61,682 nt of DNA from an uncultured Planctomycetaceae bacterium (GCA_964504645.1 CAZDGB010000001.1:10247-71928); one strand, 5' to 3'; shown: positions 38,301 to 44,076, counted from the stretch's first letter. Translations and numbers: made by a program. Notes: generated from the sequence alone by a model not told the origin.

Positions 38301-38933
38301 GTCCTGCGGGCGCTGACCGACAAAGCCGTGCGGCAAGGCAGCGACTTCCAGATTCCGACGCGGCTGGCGGGCAGCGCCGACAACCGTGAAGTGCACCACG
38401 CGGAGGCCACGATCTCGTTGAGTGCGACTCGCCGGCGCGCGGCGGAGAGCCGATTGCACCTTCATGGCCGCTACACGGCGACTCCTGTCAACTGGTACAA
38501 CGACCTCTTGTTCCACGGCTCGTTGCTGCAGGGGTTGGTATCGATCGAGCGACTGACGTCCGAGGGGATCGTCGTCCAAGCGCAGTCGGCGCCGCCGCCG
38601 ACCCAATGGCTGGCCGATGCGTGGCGGGGAAGCTGGCTCGCCGATCCGCTGGCGATCGACGTCCTCTTGCAGGCGATCATCGTCTGGACGCAGACCGTGT
38701 GCGGTCGGGCGTCGCTGCCGACGGCGATCGGGAGCTATCGCCAGTTCCAGCGGACGTTCCCGGCGGACGGCGTGCGAGTCGCCGTGCGAGCCGAACGAAA
38801 GAACGACGCGACGGTCGTCGCCGACGCCGAGATTCTCGACGCCCGCGGCACGCCGGTCGCGGACTTCGCGGGCATCGAATACGTCCTCGACGCGCAGCTT
38901 ACGGCAGCGTTCGGGCGGAATCGGTTCGAGTGA
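32307..38933 (+). CDS. PfaA-like iterative type I polyketide/fatty-acid synthase, KS-AT-ACP-KR-ACP-ACP-DH
   Basis: Single ~2200-aa ORF (track 32292..38933; ATG at 32307 or 32319). KS: DAACASS (Cys codon 32952-32954), HGTGT, GHT. AT: GQGSQ, GHSYG (Ser codon 34353-34355), AFHSP. Three ACPs with LGIDSIKRVEIL (Ser codons 35745, 37560, 37866). KR: LVTGGARGV ... YAMAN. DH: HVLGGKAVLP (HxxxGxxxxP). Confidence 0.9.
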   Translation: MLPRMADTDSAAAREPLAVIGLSCLFPKASGVDEFWSNIRCGVDAITEIPATHWDPDAYFDADPKAPDKTYARRGGFLSPVDFDPLEFGIAPSNLEAIDTSQLLGLVGAKRALDDAGYGAGRNFDRSRIGCILGVTGTLEMVIPLGARLGHPKWRQALKDAGVADDVAADVIQRIGESYVPWQENSFPGLLGNVVAGRIANRLDLGGTNCVVDAACASSLSAMHLAALELWSGRADMVVTGGIDTFNDIFMYMCFSKTPALSPTGDAKPFSEHGDGTILGEGVGMVVLKRLRDAERDGDKIYALIRGIGTSSDGAGNAVYAPKKEGQVRCLQDAYRSAGVSPATVELIEAHGTGTKVGDATELAGLTEVFQSTEQTGRWCAVGSIKSQIGHTKAAAGAAGVLKAILALDHRVLPPTIKLDAPLPALKDDSSPLYANTHSRPWLARRNHPRRAGVSAFGFGGSNFHCVLEESPVNNPGIDWGDDVFFAAWSADSREKLATQLNDWQPVGDRAEQRRRAAQTRAQFDVTHAYRLVIVADADSANVSQLVVSARKNLATYADRAAWSTPDGIYFGQGPRAGKLGLLFPGQGSQYVNMQRELACRFPLLQDVLTEANDVFAASTDRPLRLSDYVYPFPAFDEKARDRQEAALRDTEIAQPALGAVSLGLLAVLSEFGVRADVVAGHSYGELTALCASKRFAPDALYRLSLLRGRLMAEAQEIEGGMLAVGAPLNQVEAALKEAAVDLVIANRNSPTQVVLSGRVSELDRADEVLTRRKIRGKRLPVAAAFHSPLVAAASSRFRPVLDEIEFRAPEIPVYANTHAEEYPLDADEARTLLAGQLAQPVEFVRQIENMYAAGVRTFVEVGPGAVLTGLVGSILSGREFRAIAVDASAGRRSGMLDMALALGQLAVAGVPVNVAAWHPLLPQASSLQPQASPSPRLTIPICGANYVKPRTPKPPRIVESPKVEGATRKEANGQSNAPVPTSPPRQVSSLKPQASTPKAAGVTRKERPLAFSQPPTSNPPPASLHVLQQMFEQTARLHQQFLTGQEQALATLERLAGGSVVQETVAVTPVPAVEAPRLQPPVPVFQPAAVVKPANPAPLPTPAAPPTAASNALSSAVLQIVSEKTGYPTEMLRPEMSLDHDLGIDSIKRVEILSALQERHPYLPAVTPDQLGTLHRLDDVIQLLSQANNVDFADSPPPSLAVSQSSPEATLSLESPRAIPLTDFGRRLSIASGATFLITDDGGELSARLSQELQRRGFATQVVALQAPDRSLPDHLAGLILIAPCTGLSDTHLWNALHWTQVCGSSLRHTGGDAVFATISRLDGRFGFDSAVPAASSLSGALAGLAKTVRHEWPGVTATAFDISTDSPSGEFISQLADRLLSSGPAEIGFTADGWTQVELDPRDVSAPANPPIQPGDLVLVTGGARGVTAACALAVANAWRPRLVLCGRTPLATDEPAWLDGRHSAAQIKSALAQYRPAGTPLRQIDQECRQILANREVNATLASLQSSGVDAEYLSLDLRDSEAVAAALSDVQRQYGPLRGVVHGAGVLEDRRIEDKTHEQFGHVFATKIVGLRNVLASLEPDELRFLALFSSSTGRFGRTGQVDYAMANEALNKLAAEFQMNHPRCRTRSFNWGPWNGGMVTDSLKPLFAKEGIGLIPLDAGADLLVRELERETGTVELVVLAKLAGSAQAKGERQKEDVPASPSNPQPPTPNTQLTSLVLDIVSEKTGYPVEMLKPEMSLDHDLGIDSIKRVEILSALQERRPELPAVTPEQLQTLHRLADVIALLEGSAPAEGGNRKEEAPAAHSNSQHSTLNPQLSTLVLDIVAEKTGYPVEMLRPEMSLDHDLGIDSIKRVEILSALQERRPELPAVTPEQLQTLHRLADVIALLAGNAQVEGGRRKEEALPTSALALPLFAQPATPNPQPSRSGWERTLSVAGHPYLASHVLGGKAVLPTAMILEILAHAAMHHHPGLEFAGLSNLRIFKGVRLDWDERLVLRALTDKAVRQGSDFQIPTRLAGSADNREVHHAEATISLSATRRRAAESRLHLHGRYTATPVNWYNDLLFHGSLLQGLVSIERLTSEGIVVQAQSAPPPTQWLADAWRGSWLADPLAIDVLLQAIIVWTQTVCGRASLPTAIGSYRQFQRTFPADGVRVAVRAERKNDATVVADAEILDARGTPVADFAGIEYVLDAQLTAAFGRNRFE
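32349..33710 (+). other. PKS domain: ketosynthase (KS)
   Basis: EPLAVIGLSCLFPKA ... VDAACASSL ... EAHGTGTKVGD ... GSIKSQIGHTKAAAG ... GFGGSNFHCVLEE. Boundaries are approximate. Confidence 0.85.
34040..34930 (+). other. PKS domain: acyltransferase (AT)
   Basis: GLLFPGQGSQY ... VVAGHSYGELTAL ... VAAAFHSPLV ... FVEVGPGAVLTGLV. Boundaries are approximate. Confidence 0.85.
35646..35866 (+). other. PKS domain: ACP1
   Basis: LSSAVLQIVSEKTGYPTEMLRPEMSLDHDLGIDSIKRVEILSALQERHPYLPAVTPDQLGTLHRLDDVIQLL. Confidence 0.85.
35990..37350 (+). other. PKS domain: ketoreductase (structural + catalytic subdomains)
   Basis: Pseudo-Rossmann segment ATFLITDDGGELS. Then GDLVLVTGGARGVTAACA ... VVHGAGVLED ... FSSSTGRFGRTGQVDYAMANEAL. 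Boundaries are approximate. Confidence 0.75.
37374..37985 (+). repeat. 306-bp tandem duplication (linker + ACP) inside the PKS gene, with a third partial linker copy up to ~38095
   Basis: GGAAGTG at 37374 and 37680, and the variant GGAAATG at 37986, are in register at 306-nt spacing. The ACP2 and ACP3 DNA segments differ at roughly 1 position in 10 by eye, mostly at synonymous sites. Confidence 0.85.
37461..37682 (+). other. PKS domain: ACP2
   Basis: LTSLVLDIVSEKTGYPVEMLKPEMSLDHDLGIDSIKRVEILSALQERRPELPAVTPEQLQTLHRLADVIALLEG. Confidence 0.85.
37767..37988 (+). other. PKS domain: ACP3
   Basis: LSTLVLDIVAEKTGYPVEMLRPEMSLDHDLGIDSIKRVEILSALQERRPELPAVTPEQLQTLHRLADVIALLAG. Lies exactly 306 nt downstream of ACP2. 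Confidence 0.85.
38098..38930 (+). other. PKS domain: PKS-type dehydratase (DH)
   Basis: WERTLSVAGHPYLASHVLGGKAVLPTAMILE, with His codon at 38148-38150 inside the HxxxGxxxxP motif. Double-hotdog-sized C-terminal region. Confidence 0.7.
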
Positions 38934-40626
38934 TCGGCTCGGCTGTCGACAGGCTGCGGACCGTATCGCCGAGACGCAGACGGTATTCGTCGCTGCCGCG
39001 GCGGACGGTCGCCTGATTCGCGGCGATGCCGGTGATCACGCCCGAGATGTCGGCAATCTTCAGTTCGTCGCCGACGCGCAGGATCGACTTGCGGTTCTGC
39101 GACCTATCGAGCAGCCAGAGTTCCGGGGCTTCGTTGACGCTGCCGACGGCGATGACGACGGTCTGCTTCGCCGTGTCCTCGGCGACTTTCAGCGAAACCG
39201 TGGCCGTGGACGACGCCGGCGGCGCGCCGTCGTCAGTCGCCGTGATCGAAATGGCGAGCGGTCCGAGCGCCTGATCGTCGCCCGGCGTCCAGGTGATCTC
39301 GCCGGTCGTTTCGTTGAGGACGCAGCCGGACGGGACCGAACCGCCGAACTTGTAGGTCAGCTTCTGTCCGTTGTCGTTATCCTTGGCTTCGACTTTTTTC
39401 TTCCAGGGCAGGCCGCGATAGACCGTTTGCGGCGCGAGCGACGGGAAGCGCGGCGTCGAATTGGGTTCCGCGAATTTCAGCGCCAGCTCTTCCGAGACGA
39501 CGCCGTTCGGTGCGGATGGATGCTTCACTTCGACCGTCGCGGTGTATTCGCCCGCGGGGAAGTCTCGTTCCGCCTTCCAGACGAGCTGGCCCGTCGTCTC
39601 ATTCAACGTCAACCCGGCGGGAATTGCGCCGACGAAGCGGTATTTCGGTTCGCCGCGAGCCGGGTCGAAATCGCGGGCCGCGATCGAGAAGTCCCAGCGG
39701 CGGCCGCGAATCGCCAGCGGCGGCGAGAACGGGCCGAATTTGAAATCGTACTCCATCGGCGGCGTCGGTTTGACGAAGACGTTTGTCCGCACGAACTCGC
39801 GGAACTCTTCGCGGCCCAGCGGAGTCACGTCGCGGGCGACTTTCACCAGGCTCAGCGGCGCTTTGGCCGGATGCTCGGCCGGTTCGGTCCGCTCCACGCC
39901 GCGGGCCACCGTCCACGTGCGACCATTGAAGCTCGTCACGTCGAGCAATTCGCGATCGAGCCGGATGCGGAAGGGCGCCTTATGCGGAAAGCCAGTCCCC
40001 GCGGAGACCGTCAGTTCGGTGGCCGACGGCCCCAGGTCGTCCGCCAGATTCGTGCGGGGGAACATTGGTCCCCGGGCCGGCACGCCGACGAGCGCCAACG
40101 CGTTCGCTTCGAGCGTGAACCGCACCGGCGGATCGCCGATGACGTCGTCGCTGCTGATCTGCAACCGGCCGACGCGGTGCAACAGGTCGGTCCGATAGAA
40201 CCGGTCGAGCAGTTCGGCGAGTTGCGACAACCGGCCCTCGCCGTCGATCTGCACGACGACTTCGAGATAGACGTTCTTCCGCGAGATGGAGCGCGGCACC
40301 ACGGTGATCTCGTCGAAGCCGACGGCGTGCGCCAGTTCCGTCAGCCACGCCGTGTATTGTCGATGCGCTTCCAACGCCTCCGGACGGGTCCGCTTGCCGG
40401 CATCGGGAGCGAAGCTCTTCGCCTGCCACGCCATCATCTTCGCTTCGGCGAGTTCGATCGCCGTGAGCTTGTCCTCTTTCTGGCCGACGCGGTCGCGTCG
40501 CTCGGCGACCTGATGTCGCAAATCGCGCAACGGTTCCAGGAACAGACGATCGCCCCACACGCTCCCCTGCCACAGCAGCACAGCGGCGATCAATCCCAAC
40601 AACAGTTGTTTCTGACGCGTCGGCAT
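38899..40626 (-). CDS. PilO/GspM-like N-terminal domain fused to two Ig/cadherin-like domains and a PilP/GspC-like C-terminal domain
   Basis: ATG 40626 overlaps the upstream stop (TGATG). N-terminus has a TM helix (LLLGLIAAVLLW), a coiled coil, and a ferredoxin-like PilO/GspM-type segment. Two LTLNETTGQLVW / VLNETTGEITW Ig-type repeats follow. The C-terminal ILRVGDELKIADISGVITGIAANQATVRRGSDEYRLRLGD resembles the PilP/GspC HR domain. Confidence 0.55.
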   Translation of the reverse strand: MPTRQKQLLLGLIAAVLLWQGSVWGDRLFLEPLRDLRHQVAERRDRVGQKEDKLTAIELAEAKMMAWQAKSFAPDAGKRTRPEALEAHRQYTAWLTELAHAVGFDEITVVPRSISRKNVYLEVVVQIDGEGRLSQLAELLDRFYRTDLLHRVGRLQISSDDVIGDPPVRFTLEANALALVGVPARGPMFPRTNLADDLGPSATELTVSAGTGFPHKAPFRIRLDRELLDVTSFNGRTWTVARGVERTEPAEHPAKAPLSLVKVARDVTPLGREEFREFVRTNVFVKPTPPMEYDFKFGPFSPPLAIRGRRWDFSIAARDFDPARGEPKYRFVGAIPAGLTLNETTGQLVWKAERDFPAGEYTATVEVKHPSAPNGVVSEELALKFAEPNSTPRFPSLAPQTVYRGLPWKKKVEAKDNDNGQKLTYKFGGSVPSGCVLNETTGEITWTPGDDQALGPLAISITATDDGAPPASSTATVSLKVAEDTAKQTVVIAVGSVNEAPELWLLDRSQNRKSILRVGDELKIADISGVITGIAANQATVRRGSDEYRLRLGDTVRSLSTAEPITRTDSARTLP

Positions 40627-42113
40627 CAAGGAGTTTTGGCTTGAGGCTTGAGGCTTGAGGCTTGGGGGACCGCCGCCGGTTTTGCCAGCAGGTTGGCGTT
40701 GATTTCGAAGCGGTAGGCGTATTCGTCGTCGTTGCTCGTTTGCGTCAGTTGCCGCGGCTGGAGGCTGTAGCTCTTCGAGTCGATCATCCGCTGCTGGAGT
40801 TGCAGCACGTCTTCCCGCGACTTGGCGTTACCGGTCGCCTGCAAGTTGCCGGCGGACTCTCCCTGCCCGGCGGTGAAGGCGTACTGCGAAAGGTACATCC
40901 GGTCGGTCCCCTCCATCAGTCCTTCGAGAGCCGACATCTGCTGCAATTGATTCCGGCTCGCGGCCTGCCACTGCGAAATCTGGTTGGCTGCGGCGAGCGT
41001 CGCTTCGCCGGGCTTGATCTTGCTGTCGAGATCGATCTCCCGCTGCTGGAGCGCGTCGAGTTCCCGCAGCAGGCTGCCGCGAGTCCCTTCGACCACGCCG
41101 AAGAACAGAGCCGCAACCAGCAATGCCGCCGCCGCGCCGACGGCGAGGCGTTGCTTCCGCAAATTGACTTTCGCGGGCGGTTGCCGGGGATGCAGAAAAT
41201 CGAATGGCGCCGTGCGGTGGTCGGCCTCCGCGGCCGCCAATCCGATGAGCGCGGGACTCAATTCCTTCGCTTGCGTTTCGCGGATCGCAGAAATTCGAGC
41301 CGCATCCACGCGCTCCGCCGGCGCGCCGATTCGTTCATTCAACGCGGCGAGCAACGCGTCGTCGGCCGTTCCGACGACGTAGGCCCGATCGATTTGCAAC
41401 TGCGGGTGCAATCGCTGGGCGGCGACGATCGTCCGGCTGATTTCCGGCAGCAGCGCCAGGTTTGACGCCGTGTCCCCTTCATGCGGCAAGCGGGCCGAGT
41501 GGGCGTACTGCAGGCGGTTGTTCGTGACGATGACGAGTTCCACCCGCTCGTCGTTCAACCATGCTCCGAGCATCGTCTGCGGGGCCGGTTCGTTTTTCGG
41601 CCGCGAAACGTGTGCGATGAATTCTGCCAGACCGATCGAACTGAACGTGATCGCCGCCGGGGCGAGTCCGGCGGCCCGCAACACGGCCTGCACGCCGTCG
41701 ACCTGTGCACGGGAGGCGGTGAGCGCCAGCACCGGACGGCCATGCCCGCCGGGCGATTTTTCCAAGGGCAGATAATCGAGAGCGAGTTGTTCGAGCGGAG
41801 TCGTCGAACGCGCGGCGGCCTGGAATTTGACAAGGTCCGGCAGTTCCTCGTCGGGAACATCCGGGACTTCGAGATGCCGCAGAATGACGTCTTCCCGCGA
41901 GAGGCAGACGATCACCCGTTCGGGCGGAACGGCGGGGTTCTTCAACAGGCCGCGGAGCTTGTCGCCGGCCTGGGCCGGGGATTGGAGCGGATCGAATTCG
42001 GCAGGCCAAGCATGGCTGAACGCTTCCTGCACGCGCACGGAGCCGTGTTCCGACTCCGCGATGCATCCGCAGAGTCGGCGGCGTTCCCACTGCAACAGGA
42101 CGATCTGTGCCAT
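40626..42113 (-). CDS. PilM-like (actin/FtsA-fold) protein fused to a PilN-like TM + periplasmic domain
   Basis: Trimmed to ATG 42113 (MAQIVLLQW...). RVIVCLSREDVILRHLEVPDVPDEELPDLVKFQAAARSTTPLEQLALDY matches the PilM N-terminal region. Then a TM helix (LAVGAAAALLVAALFFGVV), a coiled coil, and a PilN-like domain. The C-terminal tail PQASSLKPQAKTP is encoded by a GCCTCAAG repeat. Confidence 0.6.
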   Translation of the reverse strand: MAQIVLLQWERRRLCGCIAESEHGSVRVQEAFSHAWPAEFDPLQSPAQAGDKLRGLLKNPAVPPERVIVCLSREDVILRHLEVPDVPDEELPDLVKFQAAARSTTPLEQLALDYLPLEKSPGGHGRPVLALTASRAQVDGVQAVLRAAGLAPAAITFSSIGLAEFIAHVSRPKNEPAPQTMLGAWLNDERVELVIVTNNRLQYAHSARLPHEGDTASNLALLPEISRTIVAAQRLHPQLQIDRAYVVGTADDALLAALNERIGAPAERVDAARISAIRETQAKELSPALIGLAAAEADHRTAPFDFLHPRQPPAKVNLRKQRLAVGAAAALLVAALFFGVVEGTRGSLLRELDALQQREIDLDSKIKPGEATLAAANQISQWQAASRNQLQQMSALEGLMEGTDRMYLSQYAFTAGQGESAGNLQATGNAKSREDVLQLQQRMIDSKSYSLQPRQLTQTSNDDEYAYRFEINANLLAKPAAVPQASSLKPQAKTP

Positions 42114-42421
42114 GCCGTAATTGTTCTTTCCAGAGATATGCGTCAATTCATCATGGTGCCGGGCCTCTGGTCGATCAAGGCGGATCAACGGGCCGAACCA
42201 ACTCCCTTGGGGGAACCGATACTGCGAACCGTTTCTGCGGGGGCGTTGTCAAAAGGCAACGGACATCGTTGGTTCGCGAAGCGCAAGCGTTCAGGAACGA
42301 CGAACCTTCTTGCAGTCATTCCGCCGAACGGATTACGATCCGTAGACCATATTTAACCCCTGTCCGCTCCCTCGGTTTCTGAAGTTTTCCCGTCCCGCTG
42401 CCTCCAACCCCCAATCTACCT

Positions 42422-43762
42422 ATGCCCCGTTCGTCCGATCCGTTTGACGCTTTGCGCGAGGCCGTGCGGCTTTCGCCGGACAATATCCCGTTGCGGCAGC
42501 ATTTGGCGGAGCAATTGTTGTCGTCCGGATTCGCCGATCAGGCCGAGGCCGAGTTCCGCAAAGCGCTCACGCAAGCGCCGCAGAACCGCGAGTTGAAAGT
42601 CGGCCTCGCGCGGGCCTTCTTTCAGCAGAGCAAGGACAGTGCGGCCCTCGTCATCGTCGAGGACCTGCTGAAGCAGATCGATCCGCCGGCGGAGGCGTAT
42701 CTCCTCGGAGCGCGATTGATGATTCGGGCCGGCGACATTCCGCGGGCGGTCGCTCAATACAAAGCGGCCATCGAATCCGATCCTGATCTCGCCGACGCCG
42801 AACTCGCGGGCCGCCTGGGCATCGACGCGTCGCCCGACGCCGAAGTCGTCGACGGTCGGATTCGCGCAGGCTACGAGGAAGCGGGCGGCGAGTTCGAAGT
42901 CCAGATCGAGAAGCCCAAGATCAAGTTCGCAGAGGTCGGCGGGATGGAGCCGCTCAAGGAAGAGATCCGGCTGAAGATCCTCTACCCGCTGCAGCATCCG
43001 GAGCTCTACAAAGCGTACGGCAAAACGATCGGCGGCGGCATTCTGATGTATGGCCCGCCCGGCTGCGGCAAGACGTATCTCGCCCGCGCCACCGCCGGTG
43101 AACTCGGCGCCGGCTTTTTGTCGGTCGGCATCAACGACGTGCTGGAGATGTGGATCGGCAGCAGCGAACGCAATCTGCACGAGCTCTTCGAGCAGGCCCG
43201 CAGCCACACGCCGTGCGTTTTGTTCTTCGATGAAGTCGATGCGCTCGGCGCTCGCCGGTCCGACTTGCAGCACAGCGCGGGGCGGCAATTGATCAATCAG
43301 TTTCTCGCCGAGATGGACGGCGTGAACTCGTCCAACGAAGGGGTGCTGATTCTCGCTGCGACGAATGCGCCGTGGCATCTCGATCCGGCGTTCCGCCGAC
43401 CGGGGCGCTTCGATCGCATCCTCTTCGTGCCGCCGCCAGATCAAACGGCTCGCGCCGAAGTCTTGCGGATTCTCTGCCAGGGGAAGCCGCTGCAAGATGT
43501 CGACTTCGATCATCTCGGCAAGAAGACACCGGAGTTTTCCGGAGCCGATTTGAAGGCCGTGCTCGATCTGGCCATCGAACAGAAATTGAAGCAGGCGTTC
43601 AAGGACGGCGTGCCGAAACCGCTGACGACCGCCGATCTCGCGAACGCCGCGAAGACGCTGCGGCCGACGACGAAGGAGTGGTTCAGCACGGCCCGCAACT
43701 ACGCGCTCTACTCGAATCAAGGCGGGACATACGACGACATCTTGAAGTACCTGAAGATGTGA
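42422..43762 (+). CDS. TPR-domain AAA+ ATPase (CDC48/FtsH-type AAA module, no protease domain)
   Basis: N-terminal TPR-like helices. Walker A ILMYGPPGCGKTYLA, Walker B VLFFDEVDAL, second region of homology ILAATNAPWHLDPAFRRPGRFDR. Confidence 0.85.
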   Translation: MPRSSDPFDALREAVRLSPDNIPLRQHLAEQLLSSGFADQAEAEFRKALTQAPQNRELKVGLARAFFQQSKDSAALVIVEDLLKQIDPPAEAYLLGARLMIRAGDIPRAVAQYKAAIESDPDLADAELAGRLGIDASPDAEVVDGRIRAGYEEAGGEFEVQIEKPKIKFAEVGGMEPLKEEIRLKILYPLQHPELYKAYGKTIGGGILMYGPPGCGKTYLARATAGELGAGFLSVGINDVLEMWIGSSERNLHELFEQARSHTPCVLFFDEVDALGARRSDLQHSAGRQLINQFLAEMDGVNSSNEGVLILAATNAPWHLDPAFRRPGRFDRILFVPPPDQTARAEVLRILCQGKPLQDVDFDHLGKKTPEFSGADLKAVLDLAIEQKLKQAFKDGVPKPLTTADLANAAKTLRPTTKEWFSTARNYALYSNQGGTYDDILKYLKM

Positions 43763-43772
43763 CGTCCCCCGA

Positions 43773-43798
43773 AACCGCGGGGCCGCGCCCCCGCGGTT
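43773..43798 (+). terminator. GC-rich hairpin 11 nt after the AAA ATPase stop (no T-tract)
   Basis: AACCGCGGGG (43773-43782) pairs with CCCCGCGGTT (43789-43798), with a 6-nt loop CCGCGC. No U-tract follows, so intrinsic-terminator function is uncertain. Confidence 0.35.
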
Positions 43799-43813
43799 CT
43801 GACTCAGTTCCCA

Positions 43814-44018
43814 CCGGGTTGCCAAAGAGCACTGGACGAAGATCGTCCCCTCACCTGACCGGGCGGCGTTGCGCAACAAAGTGTTTGCAAACAGGCGCCC
43901 GGCCGAGGGTCGCCGCGCGCCGCATATCGCCGCTTAGTTGACGCTTAATGACGCCTTCTCGACTCTTAGTTGACGGTTATCTGCCGCTTGGCGTGCTGTG
44001 GCCTACTACGAATCAGCG
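43814..44018 (+). repeat. ~205-bp repeat element, copy 2
   Basis: Same blocks as copy 1, in inverted orientation relative to it. Starts about 50 nt after the AAA ATPase stop and ends 4 nt before the left 26-bp inverted repeat of the cassette. Confidence 0.85.
43931..43995 (+). promoter_or_regulatory. array of six ~11-bp phased direct repeats (consensus CGCTTAnnTGa) inside repeat copy 2
   Basis: Units: CGCTTAGTTGA / CGCTTAATGA / CGCCTTCTCGA / CTCTTAGTTGA / CGGTTATCTGC / CGCTTGGCGTG. Periods are 11, 10, 11, 11, 11 nt. Confidence 0.6.
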
Positions 44019-44022
44019 AAGG

Positions 44023-44048
44023 CCGCAATTTGCGGGTTTGTGCACACA
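44023..44048 (+). repeat. left terminal inverted repeat (26 bp)
   Basis: CCGCAATTTGCGGGTTTGTGCACACA is the exact reverse complement of 47084..47109. The outer 13 nt (CCGCAATTTGCGG) is itself a near-palindrome. Confidence 0.9.
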
Positions 44049-44076
44049 GCCGCTTTCCCGCGCCCGCCCACCTTGA

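Noticed and set aside
24481-44018. The 19-kb block between the two inverted 205-bp elements considered as a composite transposon.
   Set aside because: The content is housekeeping (mutL, aroDE) with host-like GC. There is no transposase or integrase inside. The element ends show no terminal inverted repeats or target duplications. I kept it only as a possible inversion substrate or repeat family.
43948-44022. A hypothetical pre-insertion N-terminus for gene 47083..47412, obtained by reading through the phased-repeat array (ATG 43948) if the cassette is excised.
   Set aside because: The equivalent frame in copy 1 of the repeat is closed by a stop after three codons. The array is conserved as DNA, not as coding sequence.
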